From NCBI GenBank assembly GCA_951406725.2, contig OX597817.1, positions 99,758,001-99,822,000 of the forward strand: a DNA stretch of 64,000 nt, written 5' to 3'. Under the pieces are notes generated by a model, which worked only from the letters and a program-made list of their open reading frames with translations, was not told the DNA's origin and ran no database searches. The translations under genes were made by a program, and so were the position numbers. This DNA comes from Octopus vulgaris. Taxonomy: Eukaryota. Positions 13,153 to 26,191 of this stretch are shown piece by piece; within the stretch, counting starts at the first letter, position 1; every line of letters starts with the position of its first letter.

Positions 13153-13711
13153 TGGTGGCTGCCCCCTCGTTATCGAGTATGGCCATTGCACGAAGCTTAA
13201 TCAATGTTGTTTTCATGCAATGCCAGTGCAAGATTTTTTTTTAAATGAGGAAAGGCTGAAGGCTGTGTACTGAGTCAATCCCAATCACTAAGCAACAGCA
13301 GCCATAATCTGAAAAAAAGAACAAATCAACATCATCAGTAACCACTGAGCCACAGGTTTTATGTTGGAGTTATCCCAGTTACCTGAGTTACCTTCTCCTA
13401 GAAGGATGCCCTAACAAAGGCTAGGAGTCCTTCACTCCCAATGGTTTAACCGCGCGATCGGGTATTCAGTCCGATTATTTCTATGTCCCTGCGCATGATA
13501 CAGCCTTAAGACATTTATTGGATGGCTGTTGACTCTCAAGAGTTCCTCCACCCTTTGACTGGTTTTGTTTTTCATCCCGCAGGGTGTCCAATAAACACTC
13601 TCCTCACCAAGCAAGCTTGGTGGGGTTGCCGGTTTAGTCGCCACCGACCCGACCATGCAACAGGTTGTACTGGGTTACATGTAACCAGTAGCACTCGAAA
13701 GTGACCTGACA
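13153..13711 (-). mobile_element. Non-coding RTE-related short element (5' UTR-like plus 3' end-like parts) in a (TACA)n run
   Basis: Minus-strand ...tctaggagaaggtaactc resembles RTE 5' UTRs. The 3' end gagggggcagccacc resembles gagtagacaaccacc at ~63310. (taca)n on both sides. Confidence 0.5.
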
Positions 13712-13735
13712 CTACATACATACATACATATATGT

Positions 13736-14107
13736 GGAGGCACAATGGTCCAGTGGTTAGAGCAGTAGACTCACAGTCATAGGATCGAAGTTTCAATTCT
13801 CAGACCAGACATTGTGAGTGTTTATTGAGGGAAAACACCTAAAGCTCAACAAGGCTCTGACAGGAGGTAGTGGTGAACCCTGCTCTACTCTTTTACCATA
13901 ACTTTCTCTCACTCTTTCTTCCTGTTTCTGTTGTACTTGTATTTCAAAGAGCCAGCCTTGTTATATTTTGTGTTACACTGAATCTCCTTGAGAGCTACGT
14001 TAGGGGTACATGTGTTTGTGGAGTGCTCAGCCATGTTAATTTCATGAGCAGGCTGTTCCGTTGATCAGATCAACTGGAACCCTCGTTGTCATAACTGACG
14101 GAGTGCC

Positions 14108-14110
<3 letters not shown>
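13736..14110 (+). mobile_element. tRNA-derived SINE
   Basis: Head tggtccagtggttagagcagtagactcacagtcataggatcgaagtttcaattc has A/B-box spacing. Ends at (TA)n. Confidence 0.7.
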
Positions 14111-14146
<36 letters not shown>

Positions 14147-14202
14147 TCTGTAAAAAACAAATCCGAAAGAAGAAACACACTCTAAGATGTAGAGCAGCAT
14201 AT

Positions 14203-14734
14203 ACTAAAAGTGGGAAAGGCTAGTTTATGGGATTACCTTAGGCTTCCCACTCATAAAGGGTTTAGCATTATGGCGTATCAGATACCAAAAACCTGTTGGC
14301 CCAAGATCTCTTAAAAATATGGAGGAGAAAATGCCTCACTACCCAAAGGTAACAATTGGAGATTATTTCCCTTTGCTCTTGGCTATCGACTTCAGGCTGT
14401 GCCATCATCTTGTGGCTCCAAAAAGCTAGCAGGAACCTCCTGAAATGGCCCAGAATTCTCCACTCTGGAGTTAAGAATTTTTGAGCCATGTTTACATTTC
14501 AGGAGTTCCTGCTAGCTTTTTGGAGTTCACAAGATGGCGGCACAGCCTGAAGTTAATAGCCAATAACAAAGGGAGATAATTCCCAATTATTACTTTTGAG
14601 TAATGAGGCATTTCCTCCTCTATATTTTTAAGAGGTTTGGAGCCAACAAATCTTTGGGATCTGATGATATGCCATAAAGTTAAACCCTTTATGGACAGGA
14701 AACCTAAGGTAATCCCATAAACCAGCTTTCCCCA

Positions 14735-14742
<8 letters not shown>
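14203..14742. repeat. ~245-bp-arm imperfect inverted repeat between (TA)n runs
   Basis: tttatgggattaccttagg...aaaagctagcaggaa (left) versus ttcctgctagctttt...cctaaggtaatcccataaa (right). Confidence 0.85.
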
Positions 14743-14777
<35 letters not shown>

Positions 14778-14799
14778 TATATATATATATATATATGTA

Positions 14800-16377
14800 T
14801 ATGGTGGGCTTCTTTCAGTTTCCATCTACCAAATTCATTCACAAGGCTTTGGTCGGCCCAAGGCTACAGTAGAAGACATTTTCCCAAGGTGTCATGCAGT
14901 GGAACTGAACCCAGAAGCATGTAGTTTGGGAAGCAAACTTCTTTATTTCATTAAATTGGCCATATAGGCCTTATACAAAAAAGCTTGTGGGCTACCCTCC
15001 TCCGCCACCTGTACATTCTTTGGTGAGCAACCATTGTTGCTCACCTTTCTTTTTCTTTTCATGGAGGCAACTTCCTCCACGACTTCCACTGTCTCCCCCT
15101 CCAATGAGGGGGCAGCGGGCATCTTCTCTTTATCATGCTCCAGGGCTCCACCACGGCCCCCTGGACAGTTCCTCTTGATATGGCCAGGCTCCAGGCACAG
15201 GTGACACTTGGTGGGGGGGCGTCCCTCAAGTATCACCAGGTACCTGTACCCGGCCATTTTTAGGAAGTCCGGGAATATCATATCTCCCACGCCACCGGGA
15301 TCCACAGGGTCAAAGTTGCCTTTGACCCCTCCCAGTCGACCGCAGGAGCAATCTTCACACTCAATAGCCTGGGCCCACTATCCCCCAGGCCTCGCCGGAT
15401 GGTATTCTCGATCTATCCCACCTCCGTGCCCAGGGGCAACCCGCACACCCAGGCTCTTCTCATCTTCCTCCCACAATAAGTGGGGAGGAACAAAATTTCC
15501 TTCCCCTCAAGGGGCTCGCTGGCAAATCTGCCAGCTTCCTCGGGGGTACCAAACAGCAAATTTAGTCCCCTGTGAAATAAATTTTATAGTTGGCAGGTAG
15601 TCTGCCAACTCTCTTGTCGAATAGGGCGATGGCACCACACAACCTAGAATAGGTCCGCAGTACCACTGTCCTTTTCTCAAGATCTTTAATCCACTGTTTG
15701 GGTGGGACCACCTCCCACTCCAAAACAGCGGCACCGTTTGTTTTTGCCATGTGCAAAAAAGAAAGTCTTAAAAGTTCCAAAAAATGTTCAAAGTTCAAAG
15801 AGAATGTAAAAAAGGTACACAAAAAGTTTTTAAAAAAATAAAATAAAACAAAGTAAGTTCAAAAATTAATTAATAGTTCAAAAGGAAAGAAAAAATCAGG
15901 AAGGATAAACGGAAAATAGAAAAACAGTTCACACAGCAAAAATCCAATCTCCTGGCCAACAGGTAATCCCGGCCTAATGTGGATAGGATCCTTGGCATAA
16001 ATCTTTTTTTTGTCCGGTAATTGGTAAATTAATCTAAAAATTCAAACACAATGCTGGCTACAGCCAATGGTAACTGCAACAGCAACAGGTTCTATTTGGG
16101 CTAGGATACGCCCCACCCAAAATGAATTCAATAAATTCTCGATATACAAAAATAGCAGCTGCCGAAAGCAGGCGAAATTGTCCCAGAGCTGAGCACAATT
16201 TACTGAAAAAATAATTCACACGCAATAAATTATGCCCAGCTCACAACAAACAAAATCACCTACCTCGACAACCTTCTCTGTTTTTGTTCTTTTTTCTTTT
16301 TAGGACGGAGCTCAAAGCTCACGTCCTCACTGTTCAACCAGAAGCAAGCTTCTTACCACACAGCCATGCCTGTGCCT
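14800..16377 (-). mobile_element. tRNA-derived SINE (22590 family) split by the ORF1-only insertion
   Basis: SINE body at 14800-14943 continues at 16341-16377 (cttaccacacagccatgcctgtgcc). Confidence 0.75.
14944..16340 (-). mobile_element. ORF1-only (gag-like, CCHC knuckle) non-LTR retroelement, L1/Tx1-like, decayed
   Basis: LVILEGRPPTKCHLCLEPGHIKRNCP. 14-bp TSD gaagcaa(a/g)cttctt at 14930-14943 and 16341-16354. No RT between the TSDs. Confidence 0.75.
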
Positions 16378-16384
16378 ATATACA

Positions 16385-17765
16385 TGCTGGCATTGCACAG
16401 TTTGATAGGATCCAATGTGTCCAAGGACTGCATTATTGCTCCAGTGTCTCCTTCTGCATGTCTTCACAACTGGATGCCCTTCCTAATTCTAACCACTTTA
16501 CACCATGTATTGGACACATTTTGTATGTTACCAACACTAGTGAGATTCTCATGCAGCTTGCAGACTGTAAAACCCATGGGTGGGGATATATGTGAAAAGA
16601 TAAGCATATAGGGCATGGAAGGAGGGAAAGAAGGAGGGGACAAGTGGTAGGTCATCTTGGGAGTCTCATATTACTAGACATTCCAGCCCTTTGTCATCTC
16701 CTCTGTGAGGTTTGGGGTTCTGAGATCATTCTTTATCACTTAATCCCATGTCTTCCACAAGCCCCAACCACACTTAGTGGTCAGCACTTCTCAACACAGC
16801 TGTCCTTATGCATATGTATCACATGTCCATACCAGTGCAATCTTCTTTTTTGCACACTACATCTGATTCCTCTTACACCCAGTTTTTCTCTTAGCACATT
16901 TATTCTGTGTTGTTTATGCACACTTACATTGCACATCCAAGAGCATGATTACTCCTTTTCTTTCCAGTCTTCTCAAGTCCTTTGCCTTCAAGGCACTTAT
17001 CTTACTACCATGCAACGTTGCAGTTCTAACACAAACATTATACACTCTGCCCTTCACTCTGAGAGAAAAGACCATTCTGTCAGCAACAATAGTAGCTCCC
17101 TGAACTTTCTCCAACCCATTCTTATTTTGGCAACTATATTTACAGAGCAACCTCCCTTGCTAAATACATCTCCTAGGTAATGAAAGCTATCAAAAACTCC
17201 AAGTGAGCTATCCTCACATTCAAGAGTATTTATTTCTAGTGTGTTCATAGAACATACTGCTCCAGTGCAGTATGCATCTATCACATACAAAACTTAAGTT
17301 CTCTGCCTATGATTCTAAAACATCTCTTGTGTGTCCATAACTTACATTGTGTACAATGCATGGAGCTTATACCTACTTCTTTTCTGCATACTGTGCAAGG
17401 CCTTTTCTCTGGAGATATTAGGATCCTGTCTTCTTTCCTACTTACAAGAACCTTCATTTTTACTATGTTTACCTTAAGACTTCTCGTTTCTAGGTTTAGT
17501 TTCCATGCTAGGAATTTCCTCTTTGATTTTCCAATAGATTCAGCTAGATCATCAGCATATAGAAGTTCCCTCCTCTCTGATGGCCTGTAGGACTATGATG
17601 AAGAGGAGAGGACTGAATACTGAATCTTGATGAACTACCTTTACACTTAATTCATCACTGAAATCATTGTTGACTCTCATTTTATTTATTGCATCTTTAC
17701 ATAGATTGTTCAGTCCCCACAAGCCTTTTATCTACACTCAGTTTCTACAAAGACCAACAAATTAC
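16385..17765 (-). mobile_element. Decayed RTE-type LINE (RT to C-terminus)
   Basis: HQDSVFSPLLFIIVLQAI, a YADD-region remnant (tatgctgatgatcta), DSFHYLGD..KIRMGWRKFRELL and VKGRVYNVCVRTATLHGS. Confidence 0.85.
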
Positions 17766-17819
17766 TGGTTGCTGGTTGATAGGATCAGCAAAAATGTACT
17801 CAATTCTGTACTTTAATGA

Positions 17820-19410
17820 CTACAGGAATTATATGTAAATTACCTCAAGTTTCATGCTCCTATAATATAGGAATTGGACTGGGTTGTATAGTGTACCATG
17901 CATGATCTAGCAATCATTCTGGCTCAAATAACATTGCTACTACTTGAAGAAATGTAAGAAAAAAAAAACAAAAAAAAAGATATATGTGGTAAAATAAGAA
18001 AAAAGCATTATGAAATATCTTAAGGTAAAGGGGGATAACAATTATGTCCTTTTAACCCATTAAAATAAGAATATTGTTAATGTTGAGTAGTAATGTGTAA
18101 AAATAAATTATGTTGAACAGGTGTAGTTGAAAGGTGTAGAAGAAAGGCTAAAGTGCATTGAACTGTGCATCTATAAAATCTGGTAGGAGGATCATTTTCC
18201 AGCTCAATAATAGAAACTTGTGAAGATGCATATATCTTATAAAAATATCTGGTCTTGAGTTTAGAAGATCAGTACAGTTTTTTGAACTAATAAGGATGTC
18301 TGTTAAGTCAGCTATACAGAGCCTGCACCCTTTTGACCTGTTAAAATATGGCTTAGCTCTTTCTATGATAACATACTTGATGATGTGTGGTATACTGCTA
18401 TCCCTTAGATTCCCTATATGGCTTCCTAGCTTTGTGCTTTTCTTTTTGAATACATGCTTGAAATAAGACTAGTCATTGGCATACCATTTTGATGTCACTT
18501 TCAGACAGGCTAGTTTATTTTTTTCTTTATGTTATTTTATTTGGCAGAAAAGAGGTGAATTTAGCTTTGTAGATAACTAAATTAATCATGCATACCTTTC
18601 TAGTGAGCAATTATCTGGGTTCCTGAAGATGCAGCCTGGAGTGAGGATTTTTGTTGGCTTATGTGAAATGATGCTTTTCATAGTAGGGCTGCAGCTGTAG
18701 GAAACTTTTATAAAATACCTATTGAAGATTTTCTTTTATCTACAGCTATTGAGGAAATTTCTATCAAGAAAAGAACTTTATTACTTACTTAGGTCTATTT
18801 TTAGACATGGTTCTTTGTTTGGGTTAGAGTGTTATATTCTCTTTTAAGCTGCTGTCAGCCAGGGTGCTTTTGCATATTTGGAACCTGAAGAACAGCAATA
18901 TGCCACACACTATCAAGTGGAGCATTACGAAGAGATCTAGGACCATTAGTGAGTTAAAAAAGTGCAAGCTCTATATAGTTGACTTAACACACATCCTTAT
19001 TAAATCAAAGAACTGCACTAATCTTCAAGCTCAAAATCAGAAATTTTACAAGATATATGGCAAGTTTCTGTTATTGAACTGTAGGACACCCCCTCACCAG
19101 ATGAGATGCCTTGTTTCCCCATTTGTATTCCCACTATGCATAGTTTTTTAGCTGTTAACATTCAATATTAACAATATTCTTCATTTAATGGGTCAAAGGG
19201 ATATAAACTTTTATTCCCTTTACCCATAAACATTTCAAAACATTTTAATCTCATTATATCTCATAATTTCTTCGCACATTTCCTCAAGAAGCAGTCATTC
19301 CATTTGAGCCTGAACAATTACTGGATCATGCATGGTACACAATACAAGCTCATCCAAATACTTCACTATCTAAGCATGAAACTTAAAGTAGTTCACATAT
19401 GGTTCCTGTA
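17820..19410. mobile_element. Penelope-like element remnant: GIY-YIG endonuclease C-terminal region in two inverted copies (17820-18860 minus, 18864-19410 plus) with hammerhead relics
   Basis: Plus: HIWNLKNSNMPHTIKWSI...KCKLYIVDLTHIL. Minus: STKLGSHIGNLRDSSIPHIIKYVIIERAKPYFNRSKGCRLCIADLTDIL. Outer ends are diverged reverse complements. Confidence 0.8.
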
Positions 19411-19847
19411 TTTATTAAACGATATATATGTGAGTGTGTGTACATTTGTGTTTCTTTGTCTTGACATTGCATTGTAAACAAGTATCATCAACTTACAAGC
19501 AATGTCCTTCATTTTCAGTCTTACATCATAACATACCCAGCTATGGGGAAATATTACCTTACTTGGACACAATGTGAGGGCCAGCAACATAAAAGGCAAT
19601 TGGGCATAAAAAAATCTAGTTTGATGAATTCTGTCCACTGCATGCAAGTGGATGTTAAAATAATGATGTTGATGATTTTGGTATACACACAAACACACAC
19701 ACACATGTACATGCACACACATGTACATGCACACACACACATATATATGCATATGCACACACATATTTATACATATATTATGTACATCTATATAATATAC
19801 GATACAAATCTATAAGCATACACATTGATACATATATATGTGTGTTT

Positions 19848-21186
19848 GTGGTCTGATAAATAAGTATCCAGATTTTCCTTTTGAGTGTTGGGCCTCACAG
19901 AGGCAAGTGGCTGAGTTCCTTTCAAGCGTTGGGCCTCATGGAGGCAACGTGGTTAAGTTCGTTTCATGCATTGGGCCCCATGGTGGCAAAATGGCTGAGT
20001 TCCTTTTGAGTGTTAAGCCTTATGGAGACAATAACCAAGACCTTTGGCATTATGTGATGCTTGAGAAGAAGACCCATTAGGCTGAGCAAAATTGTAGTTG
20101 TGGTAAATACCAGTGTCACGCAAATGGCACCCACGCCAGTGGCATGTAAAAACACCCATTACACTTTCAGAGTGGTAGGTGTTAGGAAGAGCATTGAGCT
20201 GTAGAAAACCATGCCAAATCAGACTAGAGCCTGGCGCAGCCTTCCAGTGTGCCAGCCCAGTCGGACCATCCAACCCATGCCAGCATGGACAACGGATACT
20301 AAACGATGATGATGATGATGATGATGATGATGACTATTACCATTGTAATGATGCTAAAGCACACAGAATGAAACCACTTGGCACAGATTGGCCTTGAACT
20401 CTGCTGTGTATACGCACTAAGTTTTAATGTTCTAGCTCACTTCTGCTGTTTACAGCAGTGCTTGGAAGGAACGCGTATAGTGTGTGGTCATCACATTGAC
20501 CATAACAGAGAAGGTTGAACAGAGAACCTACATCAAATTTTGCCAAAAGCTAGGTGGTACCTGCTCAGGGACCTAGGAAAATTTTTCAAAAAGTTTTTAT
20601 CGTTCTCAACACAATTAAGATCTTGTGCAACTGAAACCAAAGTGTCTTTTTGGTCAGCTGAAAGCAGTTTTGGCACAAACTTGGCAGTCACAAGTCTTAT
20701 ACCCAAATCTTCAGTGATAATAGTCTAAACTAAACCGTAACTAATCTGCACATCCTCTGATAACTCATGGATGGGGATTCAACAATTTCCCCTCACCGCT
20801 GCATGCACCTCTGCAATGTTTTTCTCAATTCTGCTGGTTGCGAGTCTCACAGAATGTTTGTCAGTATCGACATTTTTTCAGTCATCTTGGAAATGTCCGA
20901 ACCCCTCATACACTTGTGTGAGGCTCATACACTCCTCTCCATACATTTTCTGCAACTCTGCATAAGCCTCTGAGCAGGTATTGCCATGACAACTTTCTCT
21001 GTCATAGTCAATGTGATGCTCACACGCTGCACATGTTCTTCCAAGCATTGCTGTAAAGAGCAGAAGTGAGCTAGAACATTAAAACTTAATGAACATGCAC
21101 ACCAGAGACCAAGCTCAATTTATGCCAAGTGGCTTCTTAGATTCGTTACTATGGCAACAGTCTAGATACTTATTGATCAGACCTTG
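19848..21186. mobile_element. Mariner derivative built from two left ends in inverted orientation
   Basis: TIRs ggtctgataaataagtatccaga / tctagatacttattgatcagacc. 20360-20480 is mirrored at 21030-21150. Transposase start EKVEQRTYIKFCQKLG on plus; ...EDLGIRLVTAKFVPKLL on minus. Confidence 0.75.
19880..20333 (+). mobile_element. RTE 3' fragment with ~39-bp tandem subrepeats and (GAT)n tail, nested in the mariner derivative
   Basis: About four copies of (gtgttgggcctcatggaggcaa..tggctgagttccttt), then the RTE ORF end, UTR and (gat)n. Confidence 0.7.
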
Positions 21187-21484
21187 TATATATGTATATA
21201 TAGTTAAATCATATGGTATATTATACACCTGATAGATTGGTGGTAAAGGATGTTCACTGTCTTAGTATTCATTGTATATGTAATCAATGAGGGAGAAAGC
21301 CAATGGAGGATATGAGAGTCTTTATTCACTACAATCATTTTGACTCAATCTACACCGAGGGATACACCTTGCCAAGCTACTAAATGATGGGAACATAATT
21401 TAGCAGCTTGGCAAAAGTGACTGGTAGAATAAGTACCAGACTTTTAAAAAATAAGTACTGAGGGTGATTTATTTGATTGCCTAA

Positions 21485-21794
<310 letters not shown>

Positions 21795-22297
21795 TAAGTC
21801 AGGGAAAAGATGCACTCATATATTTGTCAGAGTGAAGGTATTATCTGAAATATTTAGTATTATATATCCATCATAGCTGATCTTACCAATTGGTTTCATG
21901 CAAGGAATACAATGGAGTGTTAGGTAATAATTTGATTATACAACTTTATGCTCATCAGAGTTAGCTGATATGGAAGGGAATATGGTGACTCTTTATTGTT
22001 GGAAGTGGATTAACACAACCTGTCATCAGCTGCTGTGAAAAAGGGTCAGGGCATTAGGTTAGAAGTTATGCCCTTGAACATCTTATATATAATCATTTTA
22101 TATAGAATTAAAAAGATCCTCTTTCACCAGAGTTACTCTGCTAAGACAGATATTAAGTTAGAAAATTTAAGATATCATGTATCGTAATTCATCTAATTGA
22201 AGTATCTATCCAAAGATAATGCTGTATCTAATAAGAAAGTAGTTGAGACTATGAACATTGTGTGTGTGTGTGTGTGTTTGTGTGTTTGTGTGTGTGT

Positions 22298-22339
<42 letters not shown>

Positions 22340-22588
22340 GTGTGTGTATGTGTGTGCATGCATGTAAACGTTAATTTGAAATTTATCAATGAATAAAAAA
22401 TGTATTGAATGCATACAGGACTTTATTAATTTATTCAAAGCTAGGCCATCTCTTCATTGCTTGTACTGAATTATGTTTGTTTTTATATATTTTACTTTTC
22501 ATGGCGAAATGTGAAAATATGAAATTCAGATTAGCAATGGACCAAGAATCACCTTCAAATAAAAATGAATATATATATATATATATAT

Positions 22589-22985
22589 AGGCGCAGGAGT
22601 GGCTATGTGGTAAGTAGCTTGCTAACCAACCACATGGTTCATTCCCACTGCGTGGCATCTTGGGCAAGTGTCTTCTGCTATAGCCCCGGGCCGACCAATG
22701 CCTTGTGAGTGGATTTGGTAGACGGAAACTGAAAGAAGCCTGTCGTATATATGTATATATATACATGTGTGTGTGTTTGTGTGTCTGTGTTTGTCCCCCT
22801 AGCATTGCTTGACAACCGATGCTGGTGTGTTTACGTCCCCGTCACTTAGCGGTTCGGCAAAAGAGACCGATAGAATAAGTACTAGGCTTACAAAGAATAA
22901 GTCCCGGGGTCGATTTGCTCGACTAAAGGCGGTGCTCCAGCATGGCCACAGTCAAATGACTGAAACAAGTAAAAGAGTAAAAGAG
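22589..22985 (+). mobile_element. Full-length tRNA-derived SINE
   Basis: Head ggcgcaggagtggctatgtggtaagtagcttgct, central ttgggcaagtgtcttct and tail gactgaaacaagtaaaagagtaaaagag. Partial copies at 50040-50220 and 60420-60655. Confidence 0.8.
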
Positions 22986-23000
22986 TATATATATATATAT

Positions 23001-23031
<31 letters not shown>

Positions 23032-24049
23032 ATACTTAACAACTTAACATCCATATTTCATGCTGGCTTACATTGGATGGTTCAACAGAATTCAATGAAC
23101 CAGAAAACTACATTGAGCTCCAAAGTTTGCTTTGCTATGGTTTCTGTGGCTGTGATACCATTCCTCATGCCAACCACTTTACAGAGTGTACTGGGTGTTT
23201 TTTTTTTGTGACACCGGCATTAATGAGGTCATCAAGTAACTTGCAAGACAGGACCCCTTGACAGAGTGGGGTGCAGTATTAAGGGAGGTGGCACTGTGCC
23301 AGGTGTTGAGTGGCTAAAGTGCGACAAAAGGACAGGAACAGGTGTCTTGCTGCATACATAGAGGTATATGACTATCCCAGCTGGAAAGGAATGATGGCAG
23401 AGATGAAATATCATCATATACACTCAGAGTAAAAAAAGAGAAGTGGAGATAGAGAATCAAGGATGGATGGGTAGTTCACGGGTATGAAAGGAAAGTGACA
23501 AATGATTATAGAAGGGGAACAGAAATGAAGTTAGTGAATAGTGAACATGGGTGGAGTTGTAGACACTGGTGAATCTCAGTTTGAAGGAAAGTAAAAGAAA
23601 ATAGTAGTGGGTAAGAGAGGAGGAGGTAATAGGTCGGAATACATAAAAATGGGAGGTGGGAGTAATAGTATGATAAAACAGTACATAGATGAGAAATAGG
23701 GAGATGACATGTGGGAGAGAGGAAAGATGCATGGTGACAGAGATAGGGATCAGAGGCCATAGGGCTGGAGATGTGTGTGGGTGTGTATTATATACACCGT
23801 GATGGAACAATTCCGTGTCTGTCAATTCAGTGCCAATAATTCCATGCTGACAGTTCAGCTCTAGATAATTCAGTGCATAGACAATTCAGTGCAGACCATC
23901 TTATTGAACTTAAGTAAAGATTATTTTGGGGATGAAAACAGAAAAAGGAAGAGAAATTTCAATTATATATTTAAAAACATATAAAGATATAAAATACAAA
24001 AAGAATTTAAAATGCTAAATTACATTCTTTATATATGTATATAAAAAAT

Positions 24050-24630
24050 AATGCATGTGTATGATGCATGTGAGCGAACTGCTATGCTACACAGCAGTGA
24101 AACATGGGCCATGACTGCTGGCAACATGCGTAGGTTTGAAAGAAATGAAGCTAATATGATCCACTGGATGTGTAATGTCAGGAAGGAACCTGTGGAAGAG
24201 GTAGACCCAGGAAGATATTGGATGAGGTGGTGAAGCATGACTTTCGAACAATGGGCCTCACAGAAGCAATGACGGAAGGCCGAGACCTTTGGAGATATGA
24301 TGTGATTGAGAAGATCCAGCAACTAAAGTGAGATCACAGCCATGGTTGATGCTAGTGTTGCATGTCTAGCCCATTTAGAAGTACCTTTGATGCATTGGGT
24401 GATATGATATGCTTAAGAAGACCTGTTGAGTCAAATAAAACCAAAATCATAGCTGTAGCCAGTGCCTCTTGACTGGCTCCTGTGCCAGTGGCACATAAAA
24501 TGCACCATCCAAACATAGTCAATGCCAGTGCCCACTGACTGGCTCCCATGCCAGTGGCACGTACAAAGCACCATCTGAACATGGTCAATGCCAGGTTCGC
24601 CTGACTGGCTCCTGTGCTGGTGGGTATATG
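24050..24630 (+). mobile_element. RTE-type LINE 3' fragment with internal deletion
   Basis: VYDACERTAMLHSSETWAMT...RFERNEANMIHWMCNV followed by UTR subrepeats. Confidence 0.8.
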
Positions 24631-26191
24631 ACACACAAATCTCATTCAACAACACAAAGACTCAATCATTGCACATAACAAGGGAACAATTAAAACAACT
24701 CAAAGCCACTACAGGGCCACACCTAACAATCTCTGATGGTCCAGTATATGTAGTATTTCAGAAGCTGCATCCCAAAGCTTATCCTTTCTGTTCAGAGTAA
24801 GAAAATATTTCAGCTCTAATTCTTTGGAATGATTCTTCCATATTTAAGATGGTGATGTACTACACTCATAAACATCTAAAGGTACACCCAAAAGATTTGC
24901 AAAGTTTCACTTACCAGCACAATTTAACCACTGGCTTACAGACAGGCCATTATTTCTCTTAGCTTGTTTGTCAATACAACAATGGCTTCTGTTCCTCTAA
25001 ACTAACTAGTTGCATATCCCTCTCTTGCTCATACAATATCTGAAGTTTGGTATTGCTGAAGTTGCCAAGCAATACCAGAATTCAAAAACTCTGCCTAGAG
25101 ACAAAAAGCAGACTTGGAAGATACTGAAATTAATGAAGTTAAGCAATGCAAGCACAGGAAATGAGTAAGTCTTGAAAGAAAGGCAAGTATTGAAGAGGTG
25201 ACTAAAACCTGAAGTACACCTTAGTTGTTAGAGTAGCTTTCAGTGTAAACAAATCAACACATTGTGAAAAAAGGTATCCTGACAACTTTATTCCCAATCC
25301 AATTATTAACTAATATATATGAGATGTATTATTTATTCCCACTTAAACATGGAACAAACTATACTGCAGTAAATCCCATAAAGGGCACTCTCATATTGGC
25401 TTTTGGGTCTAAATCACGTGATCTGATGGTCCCAGTGCTGATGATGGTAGAGATTTATCTCCCCACTATGCAATATAAACAAGAGTGTATTTTAAATCTG
25501 GAAGCCAAAATGAGAGTTTCTTTCATGGTAACTACCACAGTATAGTTTGTTCTAACAGAACATCCACATTTAAGTGGGGATAAAAATCCAATAACTGTTT
25601 GAGATTTTTAGGCTCTCCTAGTTTGGAGATTGTGGATAATTGATAACAGCTGAAGTGATACTTGTTCAGTTAGTGCTAACATATTTGATGCATGGAACAT
25701 TAAACAGCTAACTAGAAATAGATATACAGAGAAGAAAACCAATATCAGTCAACTAATATTAATATTAGTATTATTTTCATTGTTCTAGCAACTTTTAGAG
25801 ACGAGTATGGATATATTTTGGTTTATTTTAACTTCATTAGCAAAGCATAATCTTTACAATATTTGCGAAAGTAATGTTAAGAAAATCACTTAATCACTGT
25901 ACATGACAATACATTTGCTGATGTAAGAAAACAGAATTGTTTAGAACTTAAATAAATTTAGTTGGAAATGCTTCTTGTTGGCAGATGCGGGATACAAAAA
26001 AGAGAAAGGATTTGCAGAGTATTGACTTCTGGGGATTAAGGATTGGTAAAGTACTTAGTCTGGATGATTGGAGGAAGAGAAACTAGTTTGTCAACTGATT
26101 TTAAGTTGTAAAAATATACAACAATAAATTCAAATTACAATAAATATAAACAAAGATTGCTTTTAGAAGGATTGAGATGTATTGTAAGATA

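Noticed and set aside
21320-21350. caaaatgattgtagtg on minus strand, possibly CpG-decayed CGAAACGATCGTA
   Set aside because: No CUGANGA half nearby; too little evidence.
23805-23900. Short tandem aattcagtgc motifs
   Set aside because: Probably subterminal repeats of a decayed DNA transposon; no partner end found.
24650-25750. Non-repetitive-looking stretch with a 93-aa ORF and a minus-strand acceptor-like site
   Set aside because: No recognisable motif, and the frames after the acceptor are short.
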